A DNA stretch of 64,000 nucleotides, taken from positions 2,115-66,114 of the forward strand of contig JBEISK010000004.1 in the NCBI GenBank assembly GCA_040375445.1. The letters are read 5' to 3'. This stretch comes from Gammaproteobacteria bacterium (GTDB lineage: Bacteria; Cyanobacteriota; Vampirovibrionia; Vampirovibrionales; JAJTHC01). Numbering within the stretch: the first letter of the stretch is position 1; the number at the start of each line of letters is the position of its first letter. This document shows positions 26,247 to 35,946 of this stretch, piece by piece. Under the pieces are notes generated by a model. That model worked only from the letters and a program-made list of their open reading frames with translations, did no database searches and was not told the origin of the DNA. The position numbers and the translations under genes were made by a program.

Positions 26247-26257
26247 GAACTGTTCAT

Positions 26258-28204
26258 CTAGCTCAAGGCTTCGAACTCTTCACTAAGCAATTCCCAATGC
26301 GATTCTTCGCCCGACAACTTCAAATTAATCGCTTCAAGCTCCTGCCCCATACGATCCAACGCCAAATAGTCCTTCGCCACACGAGGGTGTGCCATCTCTT
26401 CCATCAACGCATCCCGTTCTTTGGTGAGGGTTTCCACTGCTTTTTCCACCGCTTTAAGCTGCTTTTGCAGTGCTTTCAGCTGACGCCGATGCGCTTTGGA
26501 ATCGCCACCGCCGTCGCTACTTGAACTTGAAGTCGTATTCGCCGAAGGTTTAATGCCTGCCTGCTTACGAGACTGCATCAATAATAGGTTTCGCTTTTCA
26601 AGATATTGATTGTAAGGCCCTTCAAAGGTAATCAATCTACCGTTGTCAAACTCCCAAATCTGCGTGGCGAGACTTTGAATAAAGTAGCGATCGTGCGAAA
26701 TACACAAGACCGTCCCTTGATACGCCCGAATGGCTGATTCCACCGCTTCTTGGGCGGGGGTGTCGAGGTGGTTGGTCGGCTCATCTAAAAGCAGCGTGTT
26801 GGGACCACCGACCATGAGCTTTGCCATGGCGAGCCGTCCTTTTTCGCCTCCGCTAATGACGTCGACTTTCTTGAAGACTTGATCGGCGGTGAACAAGAAG
26901 CGTCCCAAAACGCCCCGAATTTCTGATTGATGCGTGGGGGGCATAGCCTCTTCGAGCGTTTCAAACACGGTTTTTTGCGGATCCAAAATCTGCAATTGAT
27001 GCTGGGCATAGTAGCCCAATTCCACACGATTGGCAAAGGTAATCGTGCCTGTATCAGGCGTTTCAAGTCCCATCAACAATTTAAACAACGTGGTTTTGCC
27101 GCATCCGTTTGCCCCCAAAATAAAGACACGTTGTGGGGCATCTTTCGTCCATTCGAGCTTAGCCGAAACATCCGAAAACAACTGATGCTCTTTATTTTCA
27201 CCAAAGGCTTTGGCAATTTTGTTAATCTCTAAAACTTCCCGACCACTCGGATTCGTCAACGGAAATTGAAAATGCAGACGCTTGAGTTCCGCTTGCGGGG
27301 CTTCAATCCGTTCGATTTTCGCCAACTGCTTTTCACGACTTTTGGCTTGCGTGCTTTTGGTCGCACTAGCTCTAAATCTTTCCACAAAGGCCATTTGAGC
27401 CTTCAAGTTCTTTTCTTGCCTGTCGGCGGCGGCTTGTTGCAATTCACGATTGCGTTCACGCTCTTCCACATAATAGCTGTAATTACCGCCATAAAGCGTT
27501 AAATGCCCACGCTCTAGTTCAGCAATTTCAGTGACGACTTCATCCAAAAAGCGACGATCGTGCGATACCACCAGCAAACCACCGGGGTATTCACGTAAGA
27601 AGCCTTCAAGCCATTCGCAGGCTTCCATGTCCAAGTGGTTGGTCGGTTCATCCATTAAAATAATGTCTGCCCCTTGCAACAACACTTTCGCTAGGTTGAT
27701 CCGCATTTGCCAGCCACCGCTGAACTTATGCACAGGTCGATCCAACTCATGCAAGCCAAAACCCAAACCTGTCACCATGCGACTAATTTTGGCGTCGAGT
27801 TCTTTGGCACCCAAGCGATCCAGCGTTTCTTGCAAAGTGGCAATGCGGTTTAACGCCTCATCATAGGCTTTGCCGTCTAGGTGTTCCAGCTTGCCTAAAA
27901 GTGCCGCTTCTTCGGATTTGGCTTCGTTCACTTCGGTAAACACGCTATACAATTCTTCTTGCAAGGTAAAGGAAGGGTTAAGTTCAGGGTTCTGCGTCAA
28001 GCAACGGATCCGCACATTGGGCAGGCGGTTGATTTCACCTTCACTCGGCGTTAGTTCGCCCATGAGGCATTTTAGCAGGGTGGATTTGCCTCCGCCGTTG
28101 GCACCGACAAGCCCTAATCGGCTATGAGCCGTGATTTTAAGGGAGACATCGTGAAGGACTTGGTGAGATCCAAAAAAGACAGACACATTTTGAGCTTGAA
28201 GCAT
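26258..28204 (-). CDS. ABC-F family ATPase (Uup-like, with C-terminal coiled-coil tail)
   Basis: Two ABC cassettes (GANGGGKST and GANGCGKTT, with LSGG-type signatures), no TM domain, and a charged helical C-terminus. Confidence 0.88.
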   Translation of the reverse strand: MLQAQNVSVFFGSHQVLHDVSLKITAHSRLGLVGANGGGKSTLLKCLMGELTPSEGEINRLPNVRIRCLTQNPELNPSFTLQEELYSVFTEVNEAKSEEAALLGKLEHLDGKAYDEALNRIATLQETLDRLGAKELDAKISRMVTGLGFGLHELDRPVHKFSGGWQMRINLAKVLLQGADIILMDEPTNHLDMEACEWLEGFLREYPGGLLVVSHDRRFLDEVVTEIAELERGHLTLYGGNYSYYVEERERNRELQQAAADRQEKNLKAQMAFVERFRASATKSTQAKSREKQLAKIERIEAPQAELKRLHFQFPLTNPSGREVLEINKIAKAFGENKEHQLFSDVSAKLEWTKDAPQRVFILGANGCGKTTLFKLLMGLETPDTGTITFANRVELGYYAQHQLQILDPQKTVFETLEEAMPPTHQSEIRGVLGRFLFTADQVFKKVDVISGGEKGRLAMAKLMVGGPNTLLLDEPTNHLDTPAQEAVESAIRAYQGTVLCISHDRYFIQSLATQIWEFDNGRLITFEGPYNQYLEKRNLLLMQSRKQAGIKPSANTTSSSSSDGGGDSKAHRRQLKALQKQLKAVEKAVETLTKERDALMEEMAHPRVAKDYLALDRMGQELEAINLKLSGEESHWELLSEEFEALS

Positions 28205-28358
28205 GGGGGATTAGATTCTTTCGGTATTTTCAACACAAGGAAGTAGCAAAATAATTCTAACTCTAAAATACCACAAACAAAAAGACGTTTTTCAATTGTC
28301 AGTTTTTGTTTTCGCTTTATACTGAAGGGATGTTATTTTCTTTTAGAAGGTTTGAGTT

Positions 28359-29507
28359 GTGGTGAAAAAGAAGCTTGCCCTCGTCATTCATTCCCTCGAT
28401 GCCTTGTTATTGGAAGAGGGCATTAAAGGTGGGGCAAACCGCCTAAACTTTGAGTTATTGAACCAACTGCTACTTCGTGACGACATTGAACTCACCCTGA
28501 TTACCCAAAACGGCTGCCACACAGACTATAAAGGCTGTACGATTTTCTTTTTTGAAGGGTCGATTTATACGGATCGCGAGCATGTTTTGGCACAAATTAA
28601 CGCCTACGCCCAAGCTCACCCTGATGTGACCCTGCTTTTTTCAGATATTTCGGCTCCTTTTGGCAACCTATTATTGCAGTCGCATTCTTTGCCCCATCGC
28701 CGTGCAGGCGATTGGTGGGGCATTCGTGGTATAAGCCAACTTCTCTACCAAACCAAAATTAAAAATCAAGCCGAAAATTTTCATCCTTTAGACGATCAAG
28801 GGCAAGAACGACGCTTTTTAACTGTGTCTCAAGCCGTGAAGGACGATTACGTCCGCCTTTTTAAGTTGCCTGCTCATCAAGTAAACGTCGTGTACCCCGG
28901 TGTTTCTAAAGCACGTATCGAAAATGTGTTGCCTAGTTCTAAGCCGTTGGTTATGGGTATGGTCAACAGTCGTTCTCTCAACAAAGGCGGGCTTTTATTT
29001 CTTATGGTGATGGGCGTGTTAAAGCTGTGGGGATCCTCGTTTCGTGTGCGGATGATTCATCCACAGTATCAAAAAGACCTGCTGGCTCAAGGTCTTATCC
29101 GTCTTTTTCAATTGAAAAATTTTGTGGAAATACTCCCCTTTCAAGCGGACATGACCTCATTTTACGATCAAATCGATGTCTTGGTATTACCGTCTTTGAA
29201 TGAGGCGTTTGGCTTGGTCGTACTAGAAGGTATGGCTCATGGGGTAGTGCCCATCGTTTCGTCTACTGCAGGGGTGGCGGAATTAATTCGTCACGGTGAA
29301 AACGGGCTTTGTTTTGACAGAACACAATCGCCCTTTTGGAGCCTACTTCAAACGATAAAACACTTTATAAGCTTCCATGAAAACGAGGTACATCGCTTAA
29401 AAACCGAATCCTTAGAAAACAGTTACCAATACACATGGCAAGGCTTTACAGAAAAAGTTATTCAAGCCTTATTGATTCCAAGCGAAGTATCAAGCACCAG
29501 CAAATAA
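28359..29507 (+). CDS. glycosyltransferase family 4/GT-B
   Basis: C-terminal LVLPSLNEAFGLVVLEGMAHGVVPIVSS (EX7E-type motif). GTG start. Confidence 0.75.
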   Translation: MVKKKLALVIHSLDALLLEEGIKGGANRLNFELLNQLLLRDDIELTLITQNGCHTDYKGCTIFFFEGSIYTDREHVLAQINAYAQAHPDVTLLFSDISAPFGNLLLQSHSLPHRRAGDWWGIRGISQLLYQTKIKNQAENFHPLDDQGQERRFLTVSQAVKDDYVRLFKLPAHQVNVVYPGVSKARIENVLPSSKPLVMGMVNSRSLNKGGLLFLMVMGVLKLWGSSFRVRMIHPQYQKDLLAQGLIRLFQLKNFVEILPFQADMTSFYDQIDVLVLPSLNEAFGLVVLEGMAHGVVPIVSSTAGVAELIRHGENGLCFDRTQSPFWSLLQTIKHFISFHENEVHRLKTESLENSYQYTWQGFTEKVIQALLIPSEVSSTSK

Positions 29508-29585
29508 TTTTAAGAAACGACTTTGTTTAAATACGGTGTTTGAGCTAAAATACAGAAATCAAAGCAACGAAGAAAGTGTAGATGT

Positions 29586-30491
29586 ATGACGGTTGAAACA
29601 CGGATTGAAAATGCTATGCAAGCCAAGCTCGATGCCCTTGAAGCGAAGCTTTCGCTTGAAATGCAAGGCGTGCAACACGCCCTTGCCGTGGTGAAACAGC
29701 TCCGCAATCCTGATGGCGGATGCCCGTGGGATCTGGAGCAGACGCATCAAAGTTTGACGCCGTTTATGCTCGAAGAAGCCTACGAAGCGGTTGAAGCGAT
29801 GCAAGCTAGCTCGCTCAATACCCCTGAATCCACGACCGCCTTAAAAGACGAATTGGGGGATGTCTTATTGCAAGTCTTGCTCAATAGCCAAATCGCTGAA
29901 GATGAAGGTCGTTTCACCTTTCAAGACGTCTGTTCGCACTTGGCGGAAAAGCTGATTGTACGACATCCGCATGTGTTTAAGCCTGAAACTCACATGACCG
30001 TTATTGATTCTCCCGAAGCAGTGACTGCTCAATGGCAAGCCATTAAAGCCAGCCAGTCTTCCAAAAAAGTAGGCTCTGTTTTAGATGGCGTGCCTAAGGG
30101 GCAGGCGGCGTTGGCTCGAGCAGGAAAAATTAGTAAAAAAGCCGTCAAAGCAGGCTTTACTTGGCCTGATGACGCCACCTTGTGGGCCTGTGTGATGAGC
30201 GAATTCGACGAAATCAAGACTGAAATGGAAGCGACGCCTCGCAACCCTGATCGTTTGCAAGACGAAATGGGTGACGTCTTTTTTGCCTGTGCGAGTTTAG
30301 CCAAACAAATTGGGGTAGAACCCGAAACTGCCTTAGTACAAGCCACGGCTAAGTTTGAACAACGCTTTCGCTACATGGAAGCCTTGATTTTAGCAGACGG
30401 TCATGCGTTGGCGGATCTTGATTTTCAAACGTGGGACGACTACTGGAATCGTGCCAAAGCCGACTTGCGTGCAACAGGACTTTGTTCTTAA
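29586..30491 (+). CDS. mazG: nucleoside triphosphate pyrophosphohydrolase MazG
   Basis: CPWDLEQTHQSL..EEAYE..ELGDVLLQV in the first MazG module, and a second module with EMGDVFFAC. Confidence 0.85.
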   Translation: MTVETRIENAMQAKLDALEAKLSLEMQGVQHALAVVKQLRNPDGGCPWDLEQTHQSLTPFMLEEAYEAVEAMQASSLNTPESTTALKDELGDVLLQVLLNSQIAEDEGRFTFQDVCSHLAEKLIVRHPHVFKPETHMTVIDSPEAVTAQWQAIKASQSSKKVGSVLDGVPKGQAALARAGKISKKAVKAGFTWPDDATLWACVMSEFDEIKTEMEATPRNPDRLQDEMGDVFFACASLAKQIGVEPETALVQATAKFEQRFRYMEALILADGHALADLDFQTWDDYWNRAKADLRATGLCS

Positions 30492-30562
30492 TTTTTGTTC
30501 CTTTACAATTTGGATTTCTAGTTCCATTTATAGTTGGTGTTTGGATTTCTAGCTCCGTCTTG

Positions 30563-31027
30563 AGCTGGTGCTGTCAGAGACCTTTGGACGCACAAAGGTT
30601 CTCCGACACCTCTAAATGCGTTTAAGGAGGGGGGAAGAGAAGGAAGTTGTTGCGGCTCTCCTTCTCTTCCCCCCTCCTTAAAAATCCACCCCCCATCTCA
30701 TCCTCTTCGCTTGCATAACTTTCTACTCGTGGGACGTCCGCAAAATCGCTCGGGGATTCGCAGTACGCTCACCCGCTCGGATTTAGTGCTTGGACGTCGG
30801 CTCGTGCAACGAGTCAAAAATCAACACGCAATGACGGACAAAAGGCTTGCCGACAACGCACTAAATGCGAGGCTTCCGAGACATTTTGCGGACGGCAGGA
30901 ACGGAGGGAAAGCGAGAGGGGTGGGATTCTTAAGGGAGGGGGGCGACCAAGACCCTCCCTCCCTTAAGCCGCCTTTAGAGGTGTTGGAGACCTTTGGCGG
31001 AGCAAAGGTCTCTGACAACGACCAGCT
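30563..31027. repeat. about 465-bp nested giant palindrome (two inverted copies of an about 230-bp repeat unit)
   Basis: The left end AGCTGGTGCTGTCAGAGACCTTTGG...ACACCTCTAAATGCG is the inverted complement of the right end ...CCTTTAGAGGTGT...CAAAGGTCTCTGACAACGACCAGCT. Internal arm pairs are also inverted (GGACGTCCGCAAAAT/ATTTTGCGGACGGC and CGGATTTAGTGC/GCACTAAATGCG), with the centre near 30800. Confidence 0.75.
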
Positions 31028-31079
31028 AAAAACGGAGGGAAATACCCAAAAAATCCAAAAAAACTAAAAGAGATCCACA

Positions 31080-34000
31080 ATGCCTAGCCAAACGACAGTA
31101 AAACCGATGCATCATGCCTATTTAGGGGGCACACCCCAAGAACGAGCCAAATACGTGCTTGAACAATTAACCAGATGGCAAAGTGAACACGCCGTGTTGT
31201 CTGAAACCTGCTACATCCTTGTTCAGCATCGTCGTCAAACTGAGGCATGGCGAGCCTTGCATGAAGAACAGTTCCCTGAAAACGTACGTTTTCAAGGTAT
31301 CAAAGTCATGAGCTGGTTTCAGTGGTCGTTGAACTGGCTGAATCAAAGCATCGGGCTAGCACCACAAGTCGTGACTCACTTTATTCAAGGCTTGGGCTTA
31401 AGCCCTTCATCAAGCCCTTTGCCTTTTCAACAAGAAACATGGCAATTGCTTTCTTCGGCGGATGTCTTGCTTTTGCTTGAAGGCTATTGGAAGAATACAA
31501 GTTATGAAGTAGCAAGATCAACGCCTGAAAAAGCCGATTCGCTGGACAAAACAAGTCTGGTGATGCATTTATTAGCATCGACGAATGCTCTCGATTGGGC
31601 AGAACTCTGTGCCACGCATTTTGCGGATGCCACGGAAGACTTTGCTTTACGAGGCCTATTCGATTGGTTTGTGCAACACACGGTAGTGCAAGGGCTTCTA
31701 CCTATTGCGTGGGTGCATCCCTTGGCGTGGAAGGCAGTGGACTTTTTACAAACGCATGATGCGGACGCCTTGCATCACTTGTGTCAAGGCATCCGCTTTT
31801 TAATGGTGGACAATACGTCCAGCTTGCCTGAAACGGCCTTGGCATGGATGCGTCTTTTAGAGCGTGAAGGCACCACCATCTGGAGCCTTGGCGACGACTT
31901 TAGCTTCCACGAACGCCTTGTAGAAAACGCTTTGCTCGACAAGGGGGATGAATCCGCGTGGCGTGCGATATCTCGGCCGCCGTTTTGGGATGCCTTGAAA
32001 GAAACAATCAGCCGTCCCGTCGCCCTAACCTTTCTACCTGATGAATCCATTTGCTCAACAGAAACCTGCGGTTTTAAAGCGCACATTCACGCCCTGTGGC
32101 AAAGCTCGAAGGATGTGCCTGCTTCTAGCGGTCGTCGTAAAGAAAATGCTCAGCACAAACGGATTCATGCTCAACTTGTGCAAAGCCTTGATTCAATCGA
32201 TGATGCCCATCGTGTGGCTGTAGCAGAACAGGTGCTGGCGTGTGTGGAAGCGTCCTTGTCGTCTGAAAAACCTTTCCCTATTACGATTTTGGTGCCGTCT
32301 TCAAGTGAAAAAAAACAGTGGAAGACCTTTGTTTCGCAATGCTTAGGTCAAAGCGATGCATTAGAAGACACCGTTCTTTGGGCGTGGCTTGATCTTGGGT
32401 ATGCCTATTTAAGCCTTTGTGCGGAGTTCCCCAATACTTCGCTTCAAGCGGATACGTTGTTCTTCAATAAGCGACATGAACCAGCGTGGCAGGTGAACCC
32501 CCGAGTATGGGTGGCTTCGCCTGACTGGGCAGAAGCCTTGCAAAGCTTCGTTAATCAAGCGTGGAATCTCTTTCAATCGCATTTGGACGATACCCCCGAA
32601 GATTTTCAGACCTTTTTAGAAGGTCAAGCCGATGCCCTGTTCCCTCTCCTTGAGGAGAGGGCTAGGGAGAGGGGGGGATTTCAAGAACCCAGCATTACAT
32701 CTACTCCCCACCCCAACCCTCCCCTTAAAGGGGAGGGGGAAAGACATTTTCAAGCTTGTATAACCCAATGGATGTGGGCATGGCTCGCTCCTCTGGGAAA
32801 GGGGATTGATCAAGAAAAAAGCCCACTTGAAGCTTTTTATAAGCGTGTGGAAATCATCGAAGCCCGTTTGCAATCGACACAAGGCATCGGGCAAGTCCCC
32901 CTGAGCGCTTGGGCAAGCTGGATGCAATCCAACCTAGAAGAACTCAGGCATAGCGAAACACCTTCCGTAACGACTCCTCTTGTGGATGTCTATACGGTGG
33001 AAGAAGCCCCTGCCCACACCTTGCATACGGTGATTGTGCCAAACGTTTTTAAAACATCGTATGACGATAAGGGCCTAAGATCCCTCATAAGCGATGATGG
33101 AAATCCGCCTGATACTGTCTTAACGCCCTTGACCCAAATGCTCAACGCCTTGAATGAGTTGGAAACGTGGGTGCATCAACTGGCTGGGGTGCAAGAGCTT
33201 TATTTGATTAGTCACCCTGAAAAAATACAAGGCTATAACGAAGCACAACGACAGGTCTATCATCACTTTTTTGACGACTTTTTTACGCAAAACGACACAC
33301 TCAAAAACCCCGACGCCATAGAAAGTGGCGAGTTCAACACACCTTTACTAAGCCCCGCCCTGCTCGATGCGTTGGCTGCTCTGCGAGAGGTTTTTCCGCA
33401 AGATGCCCTTATTTACGCATCCTACGGGCAATCGAATCAAACCAGTTTAAGCCCTACGGACTTAGAAACATACGTTAAATGCCCTCGTCAATTGTATTAC
33501 AAACGCTTTAAGTTTAACACGCCATTTAATGCCAAGGCATCCAAGGGAACGCTGGTTCATAAGGTTTTTGAGTTATACCACAAGGCGTGCAATGTAGGAA
33601 GCATCGCGTTTGGCTATGAGAGTTTGAATCATTTTATGCGTCAGTGTTTGGATGTAGACGACAGCGCCTTTTGGCATCCGCCACAAGGATTGCTGGAAGA
33701 GCCTGCGTTCAATGTGTATGTCCAACAGCCCATTGTGATACGTCAAAGCTGGTTTCGGCGTATTATAGAATCACTACAGTCCTTGCAAGAAACAGGCTTT
33801 TTTGACAAAATACCGACTCATGTCGAAACCGAATTTTGGATCAACGAAGCGTATCTATCAGAACTCTCAGGTTTTCATTGGAAGATGTTTGTCGATGCCA
33901 TTTACCACTATGAAGACGGTAGCATACGCATTGTGGATTATAAAACGTCGAAAGGCAAATTCGAGCAGATAAAACCAGAAAGTCGTCAAGCCAAAATCAA

Positions 34001-34376
34001 CCGTATTTTAGAAGAATTGCCCCCACGAGAAGCTGGAAAATATGGCTATGATGCGAGTGTGACGGATTACTTGTATTGGCAGCTGCCGATTTACATTGTT
34101 GGCTATGAGTTTGTCAAATCGAAGATTGTGACGGAAGCGGGCCTACAGATGTTTCGTTCCACCCAAGAAAATGAGACAGGTTCGGTTTTTGTACCGTTGG
34201 ATGTCCCCCGTTTTAAGGAAGAAAAAGCGCGTTGGTTGCAAAATGTACAAGATGAAGTATTAAGCCCGTTATGGCAAGAACGTCTGTTTAGGGCGAATCC
34301 TCAAGCGAGTTATTGCGAGTGGTGTGACTATACGTCGATATGTGAGGCATCCACCACGGATGAGGATGAACTGTAG
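31080..34376 (+). CDS. AddB-like PD-(D/E)XK nuclease/inactivated helicase subunit
   Basis: The C-terminal RecB-family nuclease has PTDLETYVKCPRQLYY and VDAIY...IVDYKTSK, plus the terminal Cys cluster CEWCDYTSIC. The N-terminus lacks a clear Walker A motif. Confidence 0.65.
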   Translation: MPSQTTVKPMHHAYLGGTPQERAKYVLEQLTRWQSEHAVLSETCYILVQHRRQTEAWRALHEEQFPENVRFQGIKVMSWFQWSLNWLNQSIGLAPQVVTHFIQGLGLSPSSSPLPFQQETWQLLSSADVLLLLEGYWKNTSYEVARSTPEKADSLDKTSLVMHLLASTNALDWAELCATHFADATEDFALRGLFDWFVQHTVVQGLLPIAWVHPLAWKAVDFLQTHDADALHHLCQGIRFLMVDNTSSLPETALAWMRLLEREGTTIWSLGDDFSFHERLVENALLDKGDESAWRAISRPPFWDALKETISRPVALTFLPDESICSTETCGFKAHIHALWQSSKDVPASSGRRKENAQHKRIHAQLVQSLDSIDDAHRVAVAEQVLACVEASLSSEKPFPITILVPSSSEKKQWKTFVSQCLGQSDALEDTVLWAWLDLGYAYLSLCAEFPNTSLQADTLFFNKRHEPAWQVNPRVWVASPDWAEALQSFVNQAWNLFQSHLDDTPEDFQTFLEGQADALFPLLEERARERGGFQEPSITSTPHPNPPLKGEGERHFQACITQWMWAWLAPLGKGIDQEKSPLEAFYKRVEIIEARLQSTQGIGQVPLSAWASWMQSNLEELRHSETPSVTTPLVDVYTVEEAPAHTLHTVIVPNVFKTSYDDKGLRSLISDDGNPPDTVLTPLTQMLNALNELETWVHQLAGVQELYLISHPEKIQGYNEAQRQVYHHFFDDFFTQNDTLKNPDAIESGEFNTPLLSPALLDALAALREVFPQDALIYASYGQSNQTSLSPTDLETYVKCPRQLYYKRFKFNTPFNAKASKGTLVHKVFELYHKACNVGSIAFGYESLNHFMRQCLDVDDSAFWHPPQGLLEEPAFNVYVQQPIVIRQSWFRRIIESLQSLQETGFFDKIPTHVETEFWINEAYLSELSGFHWKMFVDAIYHYEDGSIRIVDYKTSKGKFEQIKPESRQAKINRILEELPPREAGKYGYDASVTDYLYWQLPIYIVGYEFVKSKIVTEAGLQMFRSTQENETGSVFVPLDVPRFKEEKARWLQNVQDEVLSPLWQERLFRANPQASYCEWCDYTSICEASTTDEDEL
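32641..32742. repeat. MITE-like palindromic repeat in frame inside the AddB-like gene
   Basis: TCCCTCTCCTTGAGGAGAGGGCTAGGGAGAGGG...CCCCACCCCAACCCTCCCCTTAAAGGGGAGGGGGA, translated as ...FPLLEERARERGG...PNPPLKGEGE... Confidence 0.65.
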
Positions 34377-34414
34377 TATTTCTCTGTGCCTTCTTTCAAA
34401 CACGCTATATAAGC

Positions 34415-35419
34415 CTACAAGCCTTGAGCGAGCAAATCATGCAAGTGCAAGACGCCCACAATATCTGCTGTCTCATCTTCCACCACAATGGCGGTAATTT
34501 TTCGCTCTTCCATGTGACGCAACGCATCGACGGCTAAAGCGTGCTTTGAGATTCGTTGAGGGGAAGGACTCATCACGGTTTCTACAACGACGTGGCTGAT
34601 GCCTTTTCCGTGCTTCATCAAGGCTCGACGGACATCGCCATCCGTCAATACGCCGCACAGGTCTCCTACATTTGTTCGAACCAAGGTCATCCCCATTTTC
34701 TTTTGGCTCATTTCAACCAAGGCGTGCAACAACAAATCATCAGACTTGACATAAGGTAAGGCATCGCCTGTGTGCATCAAATCCGCCACCTTGAGCAATA
34801 GTCGTTTACCCAACATACCTGCTGGGTGAAACAAGGCAAAATCACTGGAAGCAAAGCCTTTATTTTCTTGAAGCACCACAGCCAAAGCATCGCCTAAGGC
34901 AAGCGTTGCCGTCGTTGACGCCGTGGGAGCCAATCCCAAGGGGCAGGCTTCTTCAGGCACGGCGACATTTAAAATCGCCACGGCTTGCTTTGCTAGCGTC
35001 GATTGAGCTTTTGCCGTCATGGCGATAATAGGTATTTCAAGGGTGTGCAAACTAGGCAATAAACCTAAGAGTTCTTCGGTTTCTCCGCTATTGGAAATGG
35101 CAATGACGACATCGTGCGATGTGACCATGCCGAGATCTCCGTGACGTCCTTCCGCAGGGTGCATAAAATACGCAGGCGTGCCTGTTGAACTTAGGGTGGC
35201 AGCGATTTTACGACCCACATGCCCTGATTTACCCATGCCCGTAATCATCACCCGACCGCCCTGAGCTTGCCGAGCTTCAATCAACGCCACAGACGCCAAA
35301 AAGCCGTCATCAATGGACGCTTTCATGGCTTGCACCGCCAAACTTTCCACATCCAATACGTGCAAGGCGGTTTGCTTGATTTGTTCATTCACTTGTAAAG
35401 GGGTTTTGAGCGTCATCAT
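34415..35419 (-). CDS. kpsF: arabinose-5-phosphate isomerase (KpsF/GutQ; SIS + CBS pair)
   Basis: GMGKSGHVGRKIAATLSSTGTPAYFMHPAEGRHGDLG SIS motif, with a C-terminal tandem CBS region. Confidence 0.85.
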   Translation of the reverse strand: MMTLKTPLQVNEQIKQTALHVLDVESLAVQAMKASIDDGFLASVALIEARQAQGGRVMITGMGKSGHVGRKIAATLSSTGTPAYFMHPAEGRHGDLGMVTSHDVVIAISNSGETEELLGLLPSLHTLEIPIIAMTAKAQSTLAKQAVAILNVAVPEEACPLGLAPTASTTATLALGDALAVVLQENKGFASSDFALFHPAGMLGKRLLLKVADLMHTGDALPYVKSDDLLLHALVEMSQKKMGMTLVRTNVGDLCGVLTDGDVRRALMKHGKGISHVVVETVMSPSPQRISKHALAVDALRHMEERKITAIVVEDETADIVGVLHLHDLLAQGL

Positions 35420-35484
35420 GCCTCTATTTTAAGGCAATCAAGATGAAAAAGAAAGCCTTTTATAGTTTGGCATAGAGAAACTAT

Positions 35485-35612
35485 TGTCCCCTCTCCTAAT
35501 TTTAGGAGAGGGAAGAGAACGTCGTAAGACGTTCGAGGGTGAGGTTAAACCACAAACGGAATCTAGGGTTTAACCGCCCCCTAACCCCCTCCTAAAATTA
35601 GGAGGGGGGACA
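35485..35612. repeat. MITE-like palindromic repeat (intergenic)
   Basis: The termini TGTCCCCTCTCC and GGAGGGGGGACA are inverted. Internal hairpins are CTCTCCTAATTTTAGGAGAG and CCTCCTAAAATTAGGAGG. Confidence 0.7.
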
Positions 35613-35637
35613 AGGCAAAATAGACTTTTGCAGAATT

Positions 35638-35934
35638 CTATAGTTTTTCTTCCACACTACTGACCTTGTCTCGCATCGATTGCATACGATCGGTACGGGT
35701 GCCAAGCTTAATCGTACTCGTGATTCGAGGCGCCCCTTGAGCATGAACCGCTTCGTGGCAGGCTTTTACGCACGCCATCACCTCATCCCACTCGCCTTCA
35801 ATGTTCGTGCCGTACGCGTGCAAGTGATGCGACAAGCCTCGTTCTTGAATGATGCGTTCACAAGTCGCCACATACGCCGAAACACTCACACCGACGCCTA
35901 AAGGCACAATACAGAGATCTAAAATAACATGCAT
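35638..35934 (-). CDS. MTH1187/YkoF-family (DUF77) thiamine-binding-like protein
   Basis: The 98-aa sequence VPLGVGVSVSAYVA...YGTNIEGEWDEV...IKLGTRTDR follows the family pattern. Confidence 0.7.
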   Translation of the reverse strand: MHVILDLCIVPLGVGVSVSAYVATCERIIQERGLSHHLHAYGTNIEGEWDEVMACVKACHEAVHAQGAPRITSTIKLGTRTDRMQSMRDKVSSVEEKL

Positions 35935-35946
35935 AAAACAAGCTCC

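Noticed and set aside
26297-28127. Series of 75-111-aa plus-strand ORFs antisense to the ABC-F gene, and similar antisense ORFs within the R-M, mnmG, trpD and ftsH-like genes
   Set aside because: Each is nested in a well-supported long gene on the opposite strand. They have no SD or motif support, so they are typical shadow ORFs.
30711-31067. 118-aa ORF in the mazG/addB-like intergenic region
   Set aside because: It lies entirely inside the giant palindromic repeat. Its sequence is low-complexity and repeat-derived (…GGDQDPPSLKPPLE…). No SD is visible. An equally long antisense ORF (30821..31018) exists for the same reason.
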